Assembly: GCA_965637545.1 (NCBI GenBank)
Contig: OZ281501.1
Location: 15,004,001 to 15,068,000 of the forward strand
Direction: 5' to 3'
Source: Phallusia mammillata
Lineage: Eukaryota
Length of the DNA: 64,000 bases
Shown here: positions 53,029 to 64,000 of the stretch, in pieces
How positions within the stretch are numbered: position 1 is the first letter of the stretch
How the letters are laid out: each line of letters begins with the position of its first letter
The notes under the pieces: model-generated
Databases searched by the model: none
What the model was told of the DNA's origin: nothing
What the model saw: only the letters and a program-made list of their open reading frames with translations
Program-made: the position numbers and the translations under genes

Positions 53029-54589
53029 TTACTCAGTGGAAGATTCCGATATGGGTTTTAGCTGTTCAATAAAGCTCTTGGTTGCAGGTTTTGCTTTTCG
53101 TTTTGTAGCTTCACTGGTGACTTGATTATGTTGTGCTGATTTCATACCCTCGGTATCCTTAGATGGTCGCCTGGTGCTGGCTTTTACAACAGGTAATCCA
53201 CCCGACTGCACACTTTGACGTGTTTCACTCAGGCGTTGTAGCATTCTCATGACCTTCAGCTGCTCAGTGAAGTGCTGATTTATCATGTTTAGTTTATCAA
53301 TATGTGACATTTCTGACAGCGGTAACCAATGTCTTGTATGACAGGTTTCGGCTAGATTGTCAATTGCCATGGTAATACGGCCAAGTTCACCAATCAGTGT
53401 ACGATGTGATAGTGTTGTGTCCCCAGCCTCTTGTTCAAGTCGCTGTACCCGTTGGGTCAGTGTTTCTTGGTATGTTTGCAATTCAGACATTTCACTGTTG
53501 ATCATCAACTTTTGCTTTTCACGCTCTTGTTTCAACTCTTCAAGTTCTCTCTGTCCCTGCTCTATGTCCTTCGCCATTGTGGTGTTCCGCTGCAGCAAAT
53601 TAGCATGAGTTGCAGCCAAGCCTTCATAGCGCTGAATCACACTTTGTATCATGTTTTCACCAGTCATTTCAAGGTAGTTTTCTGGTAAAATGTCAATAAC
53701 TTTCATCATGTACTCTTCATATTTCTTGTAACTTTCCAGTTTTTTTAGTAGTGCTGCTTTGTTGTCCTTTGTTGTGTCTAATTCAGATTTAACTTCCAGT
53801 AACTCTTTAGCTCTTACTTTATTTTCCTTTACTTCGAGTTGATACTTTCGCATTGCTCGAGTCCTTTTGGCATCATTTTCCTTGAGAAACCTGTCAAACT
53901 TTGTTACTCTGTCTTTAATTTTCTCCTGTCTTTTCTTAAGAGCTTCCTCTTTGGCCTTGTTTTCTGCCATCCGCTTGCGAAATTCTTCTCTTTTTTCTGC
54001 AAGCTCTTTGTCAATTTCCTCCACCTCCACAGCTTTGCGAAGCAAGGATGTTTTCTGCAAGGTATTGATTCCAGTGTGAAGTAACTTGTCTGCCGTCTCC
54101 TTGACAATTGGAAAGCGACGGATGTCATCATCTGAAAATAAACACAACTAATATTCATGTTCTGTGCTTATATTTTCAATGCATAATTTTTGCAATACTT
54201 AAACCTAATTCATGTATCAGCAGTAAGGGGAAATTATGTATATTTTCATGGCATTTGAATAAAGCCAACCACTTTTAACAATAACATGTTAATCATTGAA
54301 ACAAAATTATGAATAGCATAATAACTAAAATTGTCCACAACCAATTGTACATGTTTATTTTCACTAGTGTATTTTCACTACATTAAAAAAGATATTTGCC
54401 AAATTTACAAAATATTGAAAATAAAGTCCAAATTTTTCATGAACACACATAATGCTTAACCATGATACAAACTATTCAATCTGGTTTACCCTCTGCCTGC
54501 TGTTCATTGAGTTGGGTGACAAAAACATTTCTCTTTTGTTGCTCAAGGTTTAGCTGGTAAGAGTTATTTTCTGTGCTTGAAAGAGGCAT
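53029..54589 (-). CDS. DUF4200 coiled-coil protein (CCDC42/CFAP73/CCDC197 family), about 400 aa
   Basis: Exon 54589-54490 (MPLSSTENNSYQLNLEQQKRNVFVTQLNEQQAE) joined in phase 1 to 54131-53029 (372-aa ORF in the track). Long heptad-rich segment KREEFRKRM...LKKRQEKIKDRVTKFDRFLKENDAKRTRAMRK is typical of the family. Confidence 0.82.
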
Positions 54590-54782
54590 CTTGATGAAGT
54601 ACCACAAATTGGTCTTCTTTTACATTACACCTAAATACCTGAAATACAGTATCATGAAATAACTGCAGTCAATAATAGAAAACAATATTGCATCAAAAAA
54701 CTTTTATGATTAGGGAATTTTTACCACATGTAAAAATTTCGGTTTAATACATGGCAATGGCAGCAAAAGCTGGGATACACTT

Positions 54783-56261
54783 TTACAATGTACTGTCAGA
54801 TTTCGGTTTTGCAGACCTAGCATAGAGCACCACCATAGGTTTTCCAATCAACTGATATCCATTAACAGAATTTAGAGCTTCTTTGGCTGTTTTAACACTT
54901 GGCATTCCTACAAAGGCTTGGCCCTTCATTCGTCCTTGTGTCATAACTCTCACATCAAACATTTTTGCTTCTTCCTCATTGTCAAAATCAACAAATGCAC
55001 CAAAGATATGCCGCATATCCTTATCTGTAACCTTTTTAGACAGGTTTTTGACATATAGTCGACAAGACGGTTCCCCTGGACGATAATTTTTAAACACAGA
55101 GTGTGATGACATGTCTTTACTGCTTAATCTACCAGAATCTAATTGTTTTCTGGATATGAAATCAAAAGATATTTTGTAATCACTATCATCTTCTTCAGTG
55201 TTTACATTTTCTGTAGCATGCTTAGGCTTAATTCTTCCGAAGCCAGACCCAGTTTCTTCGGCAGAAATTGCATCGTTAGTCTTATCTTCAGATAATTCAA
55301 TGGATGAAGGCAATTTTAACTTAATATGCTTAGTGGCTGCACTAACTTCAGATTTGTCAAAAAGTATGCCATCTTTGTCACCAGTCTGGTGAGTTTGTTT
55401 GGCCTTTAATGTGTCTGTGTCCTTTAGTCGTGCCAGCTTTCGTTTTGGTGAACTAGAAATTGCCTTTCTCTTCCGTTTTAAAACCCTAAGTACTTTTTCT
55501 GGAGGCAATAGATTGGGGTCGAATTTTTTCGATGTGTCTTCATTGCTGCTTTCATATTCAGACTCTGTGTTACTCACCATTTCAACATCACTTTCTTCCA
55601 TGTCATTATTCCCACCTGCAGAATTAGGCTGCAAAGTTTCATTAACATTCAATGCCTGTTTTATGTGTTCTATCAGCATTGGAGGAATATGTGTTGCTTG
55701 CGAAAATGGACAATACATGTTCATTTTGTTCATCAAATGCAAAACTTGGGTGTAAAACTTTGGAACTGTAACCAGAGCAGCACAAATATTCAACAAAATG
55801 TTGGAGTTTGGTTCAGGATATTTGTATTTTAATCCAGGATTTGCAGGATATTTCAAACCAAACCCAGGAGCAATTGGAGGCAGTCTGCGGCAGAACTGAC
55901 ATTTTTTACTATCAGTATTAATTTTATTAATAGCTTCTTTAGGTTTAGGTTCAGTCTCTGTTTTATCACTGTCGTTTATTCTGTCATCAGTGTTAATTTT
56001 TAGTAAATCATCATGACATTTTCTGGCATATTCAACTGACAGAGTAAAATCTAGTATTTCCAACTGATGTAACTTTGTCAAAGCTTCCTTTGCATTATTA
56101 TCGTTTTCAAATGTTATAAATGCAGTGTTTTTGAATCGTCCATGGTCTGGCATTATCCTGATGTCTTTGGGACCAAACAACTCAAACAATTGTTTCTTTT
56201 CATTTTGACTAAGACTCGGTGGAAGATGCTTAACAAATAGTGTCTTTTTGTAATTTGACAT
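54783..56261 (-). CDS. RNPC3: RNA-binding region-containing protein 3 (U11/U12 snRNP 65K), single exon, 492 aa
   Basis: N-terminal RRM (LFVKHLP...TAFITF...LHQLEIL), signature YKYP.P...NI..AL..VPKFYTQVLHLMNKMN, C-terminal RRM (YRPGEPSCRLYVKNL...GRMKGQAFVGMPS...GKPMVVLYARSAKPK). Confidence 0.95.
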   Translation of the reverse strand: MSNYKKTLFVKHLPPSLSQNEKKQLFELFGPKDIRIMPDHGRFKNTAFITFENDNNAKEALTKLHQLEILDFTLSVEYARKCHDDLLKINTDDRINDSDKTETEPKPKEAINKINTDSKKCQFCRRLPPIAPGFGLKYPANPGLKYKYPEPNSNILLNICAALVTVPKFYTQVLHLMNKMNMYCPFSQATHIPPMLIEHIKQALNVNETLQPNSAGGNNDMEESDVEMVSNTESEYESSNEDTSKKFDPNLLPPEKVLRVLKRKRKAISSSPKRKLARLKDTDTLKAKQTHQTGDKDGILFDKSEVSAATKHIKLKLPSSIELSEDKTNDAISAEETGSGFGRIKPKHATENVNTEEDDSDYKISFDFISRKQLDSGRLSSKDMSSHSVFKNYRPGEPSCRLYVKNLSKKVTDKDMRHIFGAFVDFDNEEEAKMFDVRVMTQGRMKGQAFVGMPSVKTAKEALNSVNGYQLIGKPMVVLYARSAKPKSDSTL

Positions 56262-56637
56262 TGTGAAGTAATAAATTCATAACCCTACAAGCAAGCTGCA
56301 TAAAATGTATTGCAAACTAAAACAAACATACTGTTGAAAGTTTGTTAACTGTTGAATGATGTTAGATTTTAATTAGTTTGTTCTATTCCGTATCACTAGG
56401 AAAAATCAAAGTAGCAAATAATTTTAAATAATGCACAATATTTGATTGAATGTTAACTAACCGCATTACCCGAACTTAGTAAAACTTACACTAGCTTGGC
56501 AAAACTTTCATTTTTGCGTTGAAACAATTGACAAATATCCAATTTTATAATTTCAATTTCAACGTTGTGGATATTTTATTTCTTGCGCTGCTTTGCCTCT
56601 AGTGTCAGGAGTTTTATTCCAGAGAAATAATATACAA

Positions 56638-56651
56638 CTTGCCATGGCAAC
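56638..56651. promoter_or_regulatory. RFX X-box
   Basis: CTTGCCATGGCAAC, 13/14 match to the palindromic GTTGCCATGGCAAC; about 380 bp upstream of the RNPC3 ATG. Confidence 0.65.
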
Positions 56652-59600
56652 CGTTAGATTACTTTTTAACCTGGTAACATATATGTCAGTTTATGCAAGC
56701 CAAATTTTGACGGGAAAATATTTAATGAATGTTAACTGATTTAACATTATATTTTCCAGTTTTGCAAAGGTTTAAATTGCCTAATGATTTAACTAATGAT
56801 TCACGCAAAACAAACAATGGTAAGCGTTTGCTAAGATCCAATGCAGAAGCAGAACCATTAAAACTTACATCTGGTCTCGTTCTGCATTATTCCAAACTTT
56901 GGGTAGTTTCCAAAACCATACGTAGCGGTTTCGTATGTATCAGTTTGATTTTTGTGTTAAATCTGTTGATTACTGGTGGATTTCAATTTCGCTACATTTT
57001 ATTGCTGACAATTACAGCAATGCAGGCTACCATTCTGCTTTTTGCACAGCCCACTCACATGGCGTACTGTGGGTGTAATTAATCAAGTTATCCACAGGCA
57101 AAATGTTCGGAAACGTGTGTTTTCCTAAAGCAGAACAGTAAAGCGAGGTTGTCACAGAGCCAGGATGTCTACTTTCCTATTATCCAGAAGTCAGATTCGA
57201 TGGTATTTTAGACAGCTATAGTTTCACTAAAGTTTAAAAAGGATTAGAGTTTCTGCCAAATCTTGTTTTTTTTAAAAAACTTAACTGACCCAATAACTAC
57301 AGAACAATAATTTTACTGGTTGCTGAGGGATGTATAAGTAGTATAGCCTCGTCTGCCAATGGAAAACTGCGGTTTGAGCTGTGACAAAAGTTGAAAAGTT
57401 TTCGTCCTGTTTATTTATTGTGCTGATCTGCAAGTTATATTAAATGAGCGAAAAGTTAGTGCTGTAAAAGTTGTAGATGTAAGTGCAGACTTGTGAATGC
57501 TTGCATTAGGTTTACAATATCCAACAACTTTAGGTTATTTTATTATTACGCAATAAGGATGTGAAAAGTTGCTGGTAACCCTTTTTTGGCAAACTTACAT
57601 CATCCTCTAGCAATTTGACGCCAAAAAGCGCTTTATGAAAAAATACATGATGAGTTCAAACGAGGTCGTAGGCTAGGCTGTTAACATTAGGCAGCGTTTT
57701 AAACAGGTTTCAAACTAAGCAGACGGTTGTAATTTAATAGGCCCAAAAGTTTTGTAAATTGAGATCTATGAAGTGTTACGTCATATCCTGGTCAGAAGAA
57801 AATGTCATTCAAACCTGCTTGACCTATTGGGATTAGTTGGCATAAAAAGTTTGTAATAACATGAAATTATTTCCCATGCTTTTAATCTGGGTTCTATCAA
57901 CCCCAAGAGTTGTACACTTTGCAACATGTGTTTTGTTATTTTAATGTTTTCCAGAACGTAGAAAATAGTAGAAATAATGTCCAACAGGTTTACCAAAGTG
58001 AACTAACGGCTCATTTAACGCAGTGGTTACGCATGTAGCCTAGGCTAATGTTACAGACTTGACAAACAAACAAAGAGTTACAAACCAACCATGTTTTTTG
58101 GGCAGCAAGTTATTCTGTCCAAAAATAGCAGATATGATTTTTTGCTTTTAGGTATAAGTTGCTGACTGTACATGCTAGCTGAAAAAAAAGCAAATCAAAG
58201 ATTTAAATTTTTTTTGATTTAAACACATTTAATTTTTTGCCTGTAGCCTACACACACATTATTCGTACATGGTTGTTATTTCCCCCGTGTATCATTCAGG
58301 TTTAGCAATATGTTTAACAATTTCATAGTCTAATTTAAGCTGTGTTTTACCAAAAAAGGCGCCATACTACTCGCTTTGAAATATATGCTGCTGATAAAGA
58401 TTTTATTTCTCCAAACAGCCAGTTAGGTTGTTTTCAAAACAAACCCCTTTATTGTCGCAATTACCAAGCGCTTGCGTACGGGAAGCGATGTATCTACGTT
58501 AGTGTGGAAGTTGAGAAATAACAACCAGCAGCTAATTAGGAAATAAGCGACACAAATCTGAAAGAGCCGACATACTTTTATCTGGTCTATATCGTTGCGT
58601 CTCTTGTGCTAGCTTGGTGTGCGGTGTTGAACAGGCGTTCTCTGATTGATTCTTTTGCCAGTTTATGTTGTTAAATGTGCGTTTGTTTTTTAAAAACTTT
58701 TTTGCATTAAAATATGTTTTGTTTAGGAATTTTGTAATTCTGTTTGAAAAACAGATCAGAAAAATATTGAAAATTTTGCCGTTTTACGTTATTTTAGATT
58801 GCCATGTTAATTTTTTACTTTTAGTACACGAAAAGCCAATATTACGTAATGGTTACAAAATTGATGAGCTGGTGGCACGTGATTTTCGACACACGTGCTT
58901 ATATGCAACAAACTATATAGTGTTGTAGTGACGGCAAGCCAGTGAGCATCCGTTAAGTGGCCAGCTTTAGCAAACCGGAAGTATCATGTTGCCAATAAAA
59001 GAGGTCTTAGTGCTAACACACTGACAGGGTTGCAAAGTGGTCAAAAATCCTTTTTATATCGAGGATTTGAGTGAAAAAATACTTAATTGTATTCATAATT
59101 TTAGGCAGGCTTAGCATAAACTATAATTTTAGTCAGGTTTAGTATGTTGTGTAAATGTCCTGGCTTTTGTGTAAATTGTGGCAAATAATGTTCTGGGTGT
59201 TGTTTTTTGTTGTGAAAAGGATTTTTTTGAAAAAAGTCTCAACTAAGTACCGGTACTTAAAATAGAATATCCACCTAAAACTCCAGATGTATTTTAGCAG
59301 TGATTGTGATACATGGTAAATCATTTGAGGCAGTAAACGTTTTGTATCTGCGTCTTTTAACAATATATACCCCTCATATTTCTGCCTTATTTCAGTCCAC
59401 TGTAAGGTTGTATATACCGAGTTTTTATGTGTAATTTATATGTTGCAACTGAAAAAAAAAGTTGAAAATTTTTTTTTTCGGCGATGACGCAATGTCCTTC
59501 GAGTAAAAACTGTATGCAGTTGCTCTCTAGCTTAAACCCTTCCCAAAACACACCAGTATTGTTGTACATTTGTCAAAGCTGCTTTATGAAGACCTTCCGC

Positions 59601-59660
59601 AATTCATAAGTTACGGTACTTTTTTGCTCTACTGGTATACTGGCAATTGTATATAGCTGA

Positions 59661-59700
59661 TCTGACGTTTTGACGTCCTACTCAAGTCGCCTTCATCGCA
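59661..59700 (-). mobile_element. Second decayed copy of the hammerhead-type motif
   Basis: Minus strand reads TGCGATGAAGGCGACTTGAGTAGGACGTCAAAACGTCAGA. It aligns with 9048-9088, and similarity continues to ataca.ttgccag downstream in both copies. Confidence 0.55.
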
Positions 59701-60934
59701 CCAAACTTTCCCTTACGTGTTCTAACTTCAGGCTTTTCACATCTTCGGATGCGACTTCTTCACAAAATGCAGGTCTTTGTTGGCGGCGTATTAAGACAAT
59801 AATCAGGTAAAGGCACAACAAAAGACGACAATGGTTTGCTTAAACCCCGTTCGCTAGCTGTGTTGCTTAACAATACAATAAGAAAGTGTTTAATCTAGAG
59901 AACCCTCACCATCTGTTACGCATCAAAGGATTGACGGTTGTTACGTCACACATAGCTGTCCAAGCCTCCAGATCAAATTGCAAGTGGTGATTCAGGCGTG
60001 TATATGTTGCACAGCACCAGGCTTTTGACTGAACTAATCAAGCTGTAGGGCACAAGCGCCTTTTTTACGTTTCCGGCACCTAGAAAGGACCTCGCAGCAC
60101 CCACAAAAGTTGATGCATTCCAACTGGTGTAAGGCTATGCGACAGGCATATGCAAGATTTATGCTGTGTGGTAGACTAGCATGCTTTTTTGTTTTGGAAC
60201 AGTTCAATGTGTGACAGGTTAGGTGTGTTGACAATGCTATAAAGTTAAGTGTGCGTTGTGCAAAGATTTAAAAGTTACAGCAATCATTACTTGATGGTAA
60301 ATCAAATCAGTGAATTATAATTGTCTGTTTTTTTTTACCAGGAATATACATTTAAAAACAGGTTTTGAAAGTTCAGCAGTCTTAGCAGAAGGCGCTTAAT
60401 TGTGGTTAGATGTTTCTGATATAAACGTTGTAGCTAATGATGACATTAATTTATGTGGTAACTTGTTTGCATGCGCATAAAAATATGACAACATGATGTA
60501 CGGGTGGTTAATAAAATAGCGAGAGGAAGTTGAATTTGTGGCTGGAGGTTTTAACGAATGCCGATGCTGTTTAACAGCAATTGCTCGAGCGGCCGGGTTA
60601 TCTATCAACCAGCCGCAAACAGATGGTTGTACAGAACGGGAGGCGGAGGCCTGTCTGCGATTTGGTGAAAAACGAATTACTTACCATTGAAAAAAAATAC
60701 TAAAATGCAAAATGTTAAAGGTCAAAAATCAGAAACAGAAAAGTTTGTGCGTAGCACATATCGACTGCTAAACTTTAAAAAGGTACAGTAAGCAGCTTTT
60801 GCAATATCACGAGTAGCAACAATTGGTTCAGGGCTAGCATTATACAGAATTACATGTGTTGCATTTAGCAGGAGTATTGTCAACATGGATTGTCTATAAC
60901 TGTCTCCTGTTATAAAATGATACATGATGTATAG

Positions 60935-61770
60935 CAGGGGCGTCCAACCTTTTTGGTCAAAGGGCCACATGCGGTTTACGAATGATTGGGCGGGCCACTT
61001 GAGTGTTACTGCTAATTTGGAATCTTAGAAATAGCTGTCTTATAATTTCTAGTTAAAATCCTCACACCGAAATTCTAATATTAGAAATGTGTATTATCCT
61101 CGTTTACAAAGAACAAACACACATCCACACCAAGATATTGTTAAGTCAACAAAGTTTTTCCCACACGTCAACATTTCAATGTGAACTGTGAAGTTTGGCA
61201 CTATTTTTCTCTAACAAGTTTGGCAATATTCGGTGAGATGGACGATGGAGCAAAGCGAAGCGATTTTTCCATATAGCTGTCAGAAATTACTGATCTTACA
61301 AGGGATTTAAAGTAACATGTGAACCTTTCTTGGAAAGTTCTGTTAGCGTTACTTGCTTTTTGTTTCCTGTTTGGCATAATCTATATCACTGCAGAGTTCG
61401 TAAGATGTTTTACTGCTAAATGCATTTTGCGCGAGTCTCTGATACCAGATGTATGTTAATGAACCAAGAAACATTACTGACTGACTCTTGAAGCACGAGT
61501 CAGATTGTGACATAACAATGTATAAATTGTGATGCGTAACAATGCGCATTGTGACGCAATAAAAGTAACTTAAACAGTTGTGTATTACTACTCTATTAAC
61601 AAAGAAATAAAGCACACAATAAATGCCAATTTATCGGAATGAAAGTTCGCCATAAATTACGTAGGCGATTAAGTTGCTAATTTGAGTCATTTAAAAAAAT
61701 ACCACGCGGGCCACTCAGAACCTTCCTGCGGGCAACTTGTGGCCCGCGGGCCACGGGTTGGACACCCCTG
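60935..61770 (-). mobile_element. Non-autonomous hAT (Charlie-like) element, 836 bp, with a possible transposase C-terminal remnant
   Basis: TIR CAGGGG(C/T)GTCCAACC; perfect 8-bp TSD ATGTATAG (60927-60934 and 61771-61778); GGGCCAC/GGCCCGCGGGCC subterminal motifs; minus-strand MFLGSLTYI resembles the hAT MFGSTYxCE motif. Confidence 0.85.
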
Positions 61771-61993
61771 ATGTATAGCATAGAATATTAATGCATGTTA
61801 TGTGTGCAATTTAAACGCATCCATTAACAGGCGCTTACGTGGTAAAGCTTGTTGGAAACGTGCTGAAATCATGTGACTCATACTAGTTCGTTTTTTTCCT
61901 TTTCTAGATCGGATTGCCTTAGTCTGGTATCGTGCATTCTGTAAAACCTAATGTTTGCTTTACAAGTGAAACTTTAACCAACCGTTCTACACG

Positions 61994-62691
61994 ATGACCA
62001 CTGTGGCCACCCTAATTACACTGGGCCAATTGGATCAGTTTACCACCTCTTCGAACTGTTTAAATTGCACCGGTTTAAATCAAACAAACGAATATCAAGG
62101 ACAGTGCAAATGGAATCAATTGAATACAGCTCTTGTTGTTTCGTTACTTGTGACACTGTTTTTGAACATTTTTGCTTCGATTATTCTATTCCGGGTTCCC
62201 TTGGTAACCGTTCGTGGCCGTAGCAACCCGGTATACCTTTGTATTCGATTCCTAAACATCAGTGACGTTGCTCAGGTTGGTATCACCGTAGTGTAGTAAT
62301 TTACATATATACAGTGATTGCAGTTTAAGCAATTTATTCAAAAGTAACTGACTTTTCACATTTTCGTAAGCAAGGAGCTAGCTTTCATTATGGTCCACAG
62401 AGCACTGTTAAGAATATTTAAACGAAATAAGAGTTTGTTGACTTATTCCTGATCAGTAGTTTTCGTTTTTATAAAAAAAATTGTGCTTTTCAGAGTTTGT
62501 TACTTCTTGTTATGCCTGCTTTTGCGGACCCGGACTGCGTTTGGTTGGGAGGATCAATAAGTTGCAGCATAATGGGATTTATGGCTCTTTTCCTACTCCT
62601 AGCGTCTCCCCTCATCACTATCCTCATGGCGTTTGACCGTGTTATAGCTCTGTACCAGCCGTTCAAGTATCGAAGTCACCTCGGTCTAAGG
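61994..62691 (+). CDS. Class A GPCR, prostanoid-receptor-like; first two coding exons (TM1-TM3), remainder not found in the window
   Basis: Exons 61994-62275 and 62494-62691, phase 0. N-terminal NCT/NQT glycosylation sites, TM1, LNISD (TM2), W.GGSISCSIMGFMALFLLLASPLITILMAFDRVIALYQPFKY (TM3 and DRY-equivalent) resemble the prostanoid-receptor MA.ER..A...P..Y segment. Confidence 0.78.
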
Positions 62692-64000
62692 GTAAGTGGT
62701 TGTCTATCCTGTGCACTTAAAATAGACAAAATATATATGCTGTAAAATTGACTAATTCTAATGCTGTTTAAGCGGCGTTTTTTACCCAATAAGAAAATGC
62801 GTTTTTATACGGTAGTGTCATCTGTGGGGATAATCAATGGATGTGTTAAAGGGATTTAACGAGACCCACGCAGACCTGTTTATTCACACCAAAGTCGGCA
62901 TTTTTTGTGGTGTACTGTAGAATATCAAAAACTGTGCTACAGTTTTGTCTTACAAATCCATTTTATTCCTTGATGATAAAACAAACATTTGTTTTTGCTC
63001 ATGTTGAGTCCACCGATTTTTAAGTCATCCATAATTTTAAAATTTAAATGGAAAACGTTAAAAGAGAAATTCAAATCACATCTTTACTTATGGAATTTCC
63101 TGGATACACATATCGTTGGTATTTTAGCGCGACGTATAACGAACGTTGATTGACTTCCAATGTCAAGGGCTTCCTCGAAAATGCATTCTTGCAGGCACGT
63201 TTCTGATATTTTGCTTGGCAAACAAACCGGCATCACACCAGCACTGTAATAGGAAGGTTGCATCATTTGCAAGCCTTACTTCCGCTTTTGTTGTCTATTT
63301 GCTTGCAATGAGGACAGTATCCTCGCATACTGCCATCAATCATTGAGATGTTCCCTGAGAACGTACCATATTAAGTTACACGTCAAGATAATATGTCTTG
63401 TATATATATATCGCATGAACTCAAAGTCAAATGGTCGGGAAACACTTACCGTTGATATACAGATCCTATCAATTTGCGTATGCAAGACAGTATAATGTTT
63501 TTTCAGAGATTTGCAATAGGCGTGGACGTTAAAAAGACACAACCTAAATTCCTTCACATATGAAGTAGGGCGTTATTTGCCTATCGCGCACATTCAGTTT
63601 TCATGTTCGTTTCTAAAACTTTACCACTTTACATCTTTTGCATCGTTAAAATGTGATTTCTGTTGCTGTTGTAACTGGTCTACAATCTTCATCAAAGCTA
63701 ACGATGCCTTGATAACGTTGGCGTAGGTAGCGGAAGTTACTGCTACGTTCAAAATCATCTGATAATTTGACAGCTACTCATGCAATATCTAAGTGTAGTG
63801 ACTACAGAAAAGGTAGTGTAAAATAAACTGAAATTAGGCGGTGTCCATATATTTTTTCTTTCATTGCTTGAAATATTGGCAGAAAAGCAAAATTTGCAAG
63901 GTCAAAATGTTGTAATAAATCCGATTCAAATATTTGGAGCATATTGAAGTTTATTAGTCATTCATTGATTCAATCCAATTTGTAATCCAAAAACAAGGTA

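Noticed and set aside
54771-54778. GTATCCCA just after the RNPC3 stop (minus strand) as a USSE-like U11 site
   Set aside because: Single copy with a 6/8 match; a USSE needs tandem near-consensus sites.
48038-55755. Antisense and alternate-frame ORFs in the track over Ikaros exons 9-10, the coiled-coil gene and RNPC3 (for example 48471-48986, 53357-53608, 55399-55755)
   Set aside because: They are shadows of real coding exons, with no independent domain signal.
63168-63346. Hydrophobic ORF as a candidate third GPCR exon
   Set aside because: It needs phase 1 but exon 2 ends in phase 0; no TM4/TM5 signature; weak acceptor.
1-64000. CRISPR arrays, rRNA genes, prokaryotic defence or operon systems
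   Set aside because: None seen. The tandem repeats are two-copy diverged duplications and the gene structure is spliceosomal.

Overview
AT-rich eukaryotic genomic DNA with spliceosomal introns, most likely from an ascidian tunicate (inferred from the form of the factor B gene and the short introns). No CRISPR array, rRNA or intact tRNA was seen. Six genes were reconstructed by hand from splice sites and reading phase. (1) A secreted signal peptide-WAP-CCP-CCP-CCP... gene (LEV-9/Hasp-like, minus strand) runs off the left edge. (2) Head-to-head with it is a complete 21-exon complement factor B/C2-like protease of about 1029 aa, with the unusual order SP-LDLa-WAP-CCP-WAP-CCP-CCP-CCP-vWA-trypsin. 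(3) After a gene-free stretch of about 19 kb lies a 10-exon Ikaros-family zinc-finger gene. (4, 5) A DUF4200 coiled-coil gene (CCDC42/CFAP73/CCDC197 family) and an intronless RNPC3 (U11/U12-65K) sit in tight tandem on the minus strand, downstream of an RFX X-box. (6) The first two exons of a prostanoid-receptor-like GPCR lie at the right end. Non-coding DNA holds several MITE/hAT elements, a 100-bp-arm foldback with an apparent 13-bp target duplication, and two decayed copies of a hammerhead-ribozyme-type motif. The best leads are the WAP-bearing factor B paired with a WAP-CCP neighbour, and the RNPC3/ciliary-gene operon or shared-leader unit. All coordinates and counts were read by eye and should be confirmed computationally.
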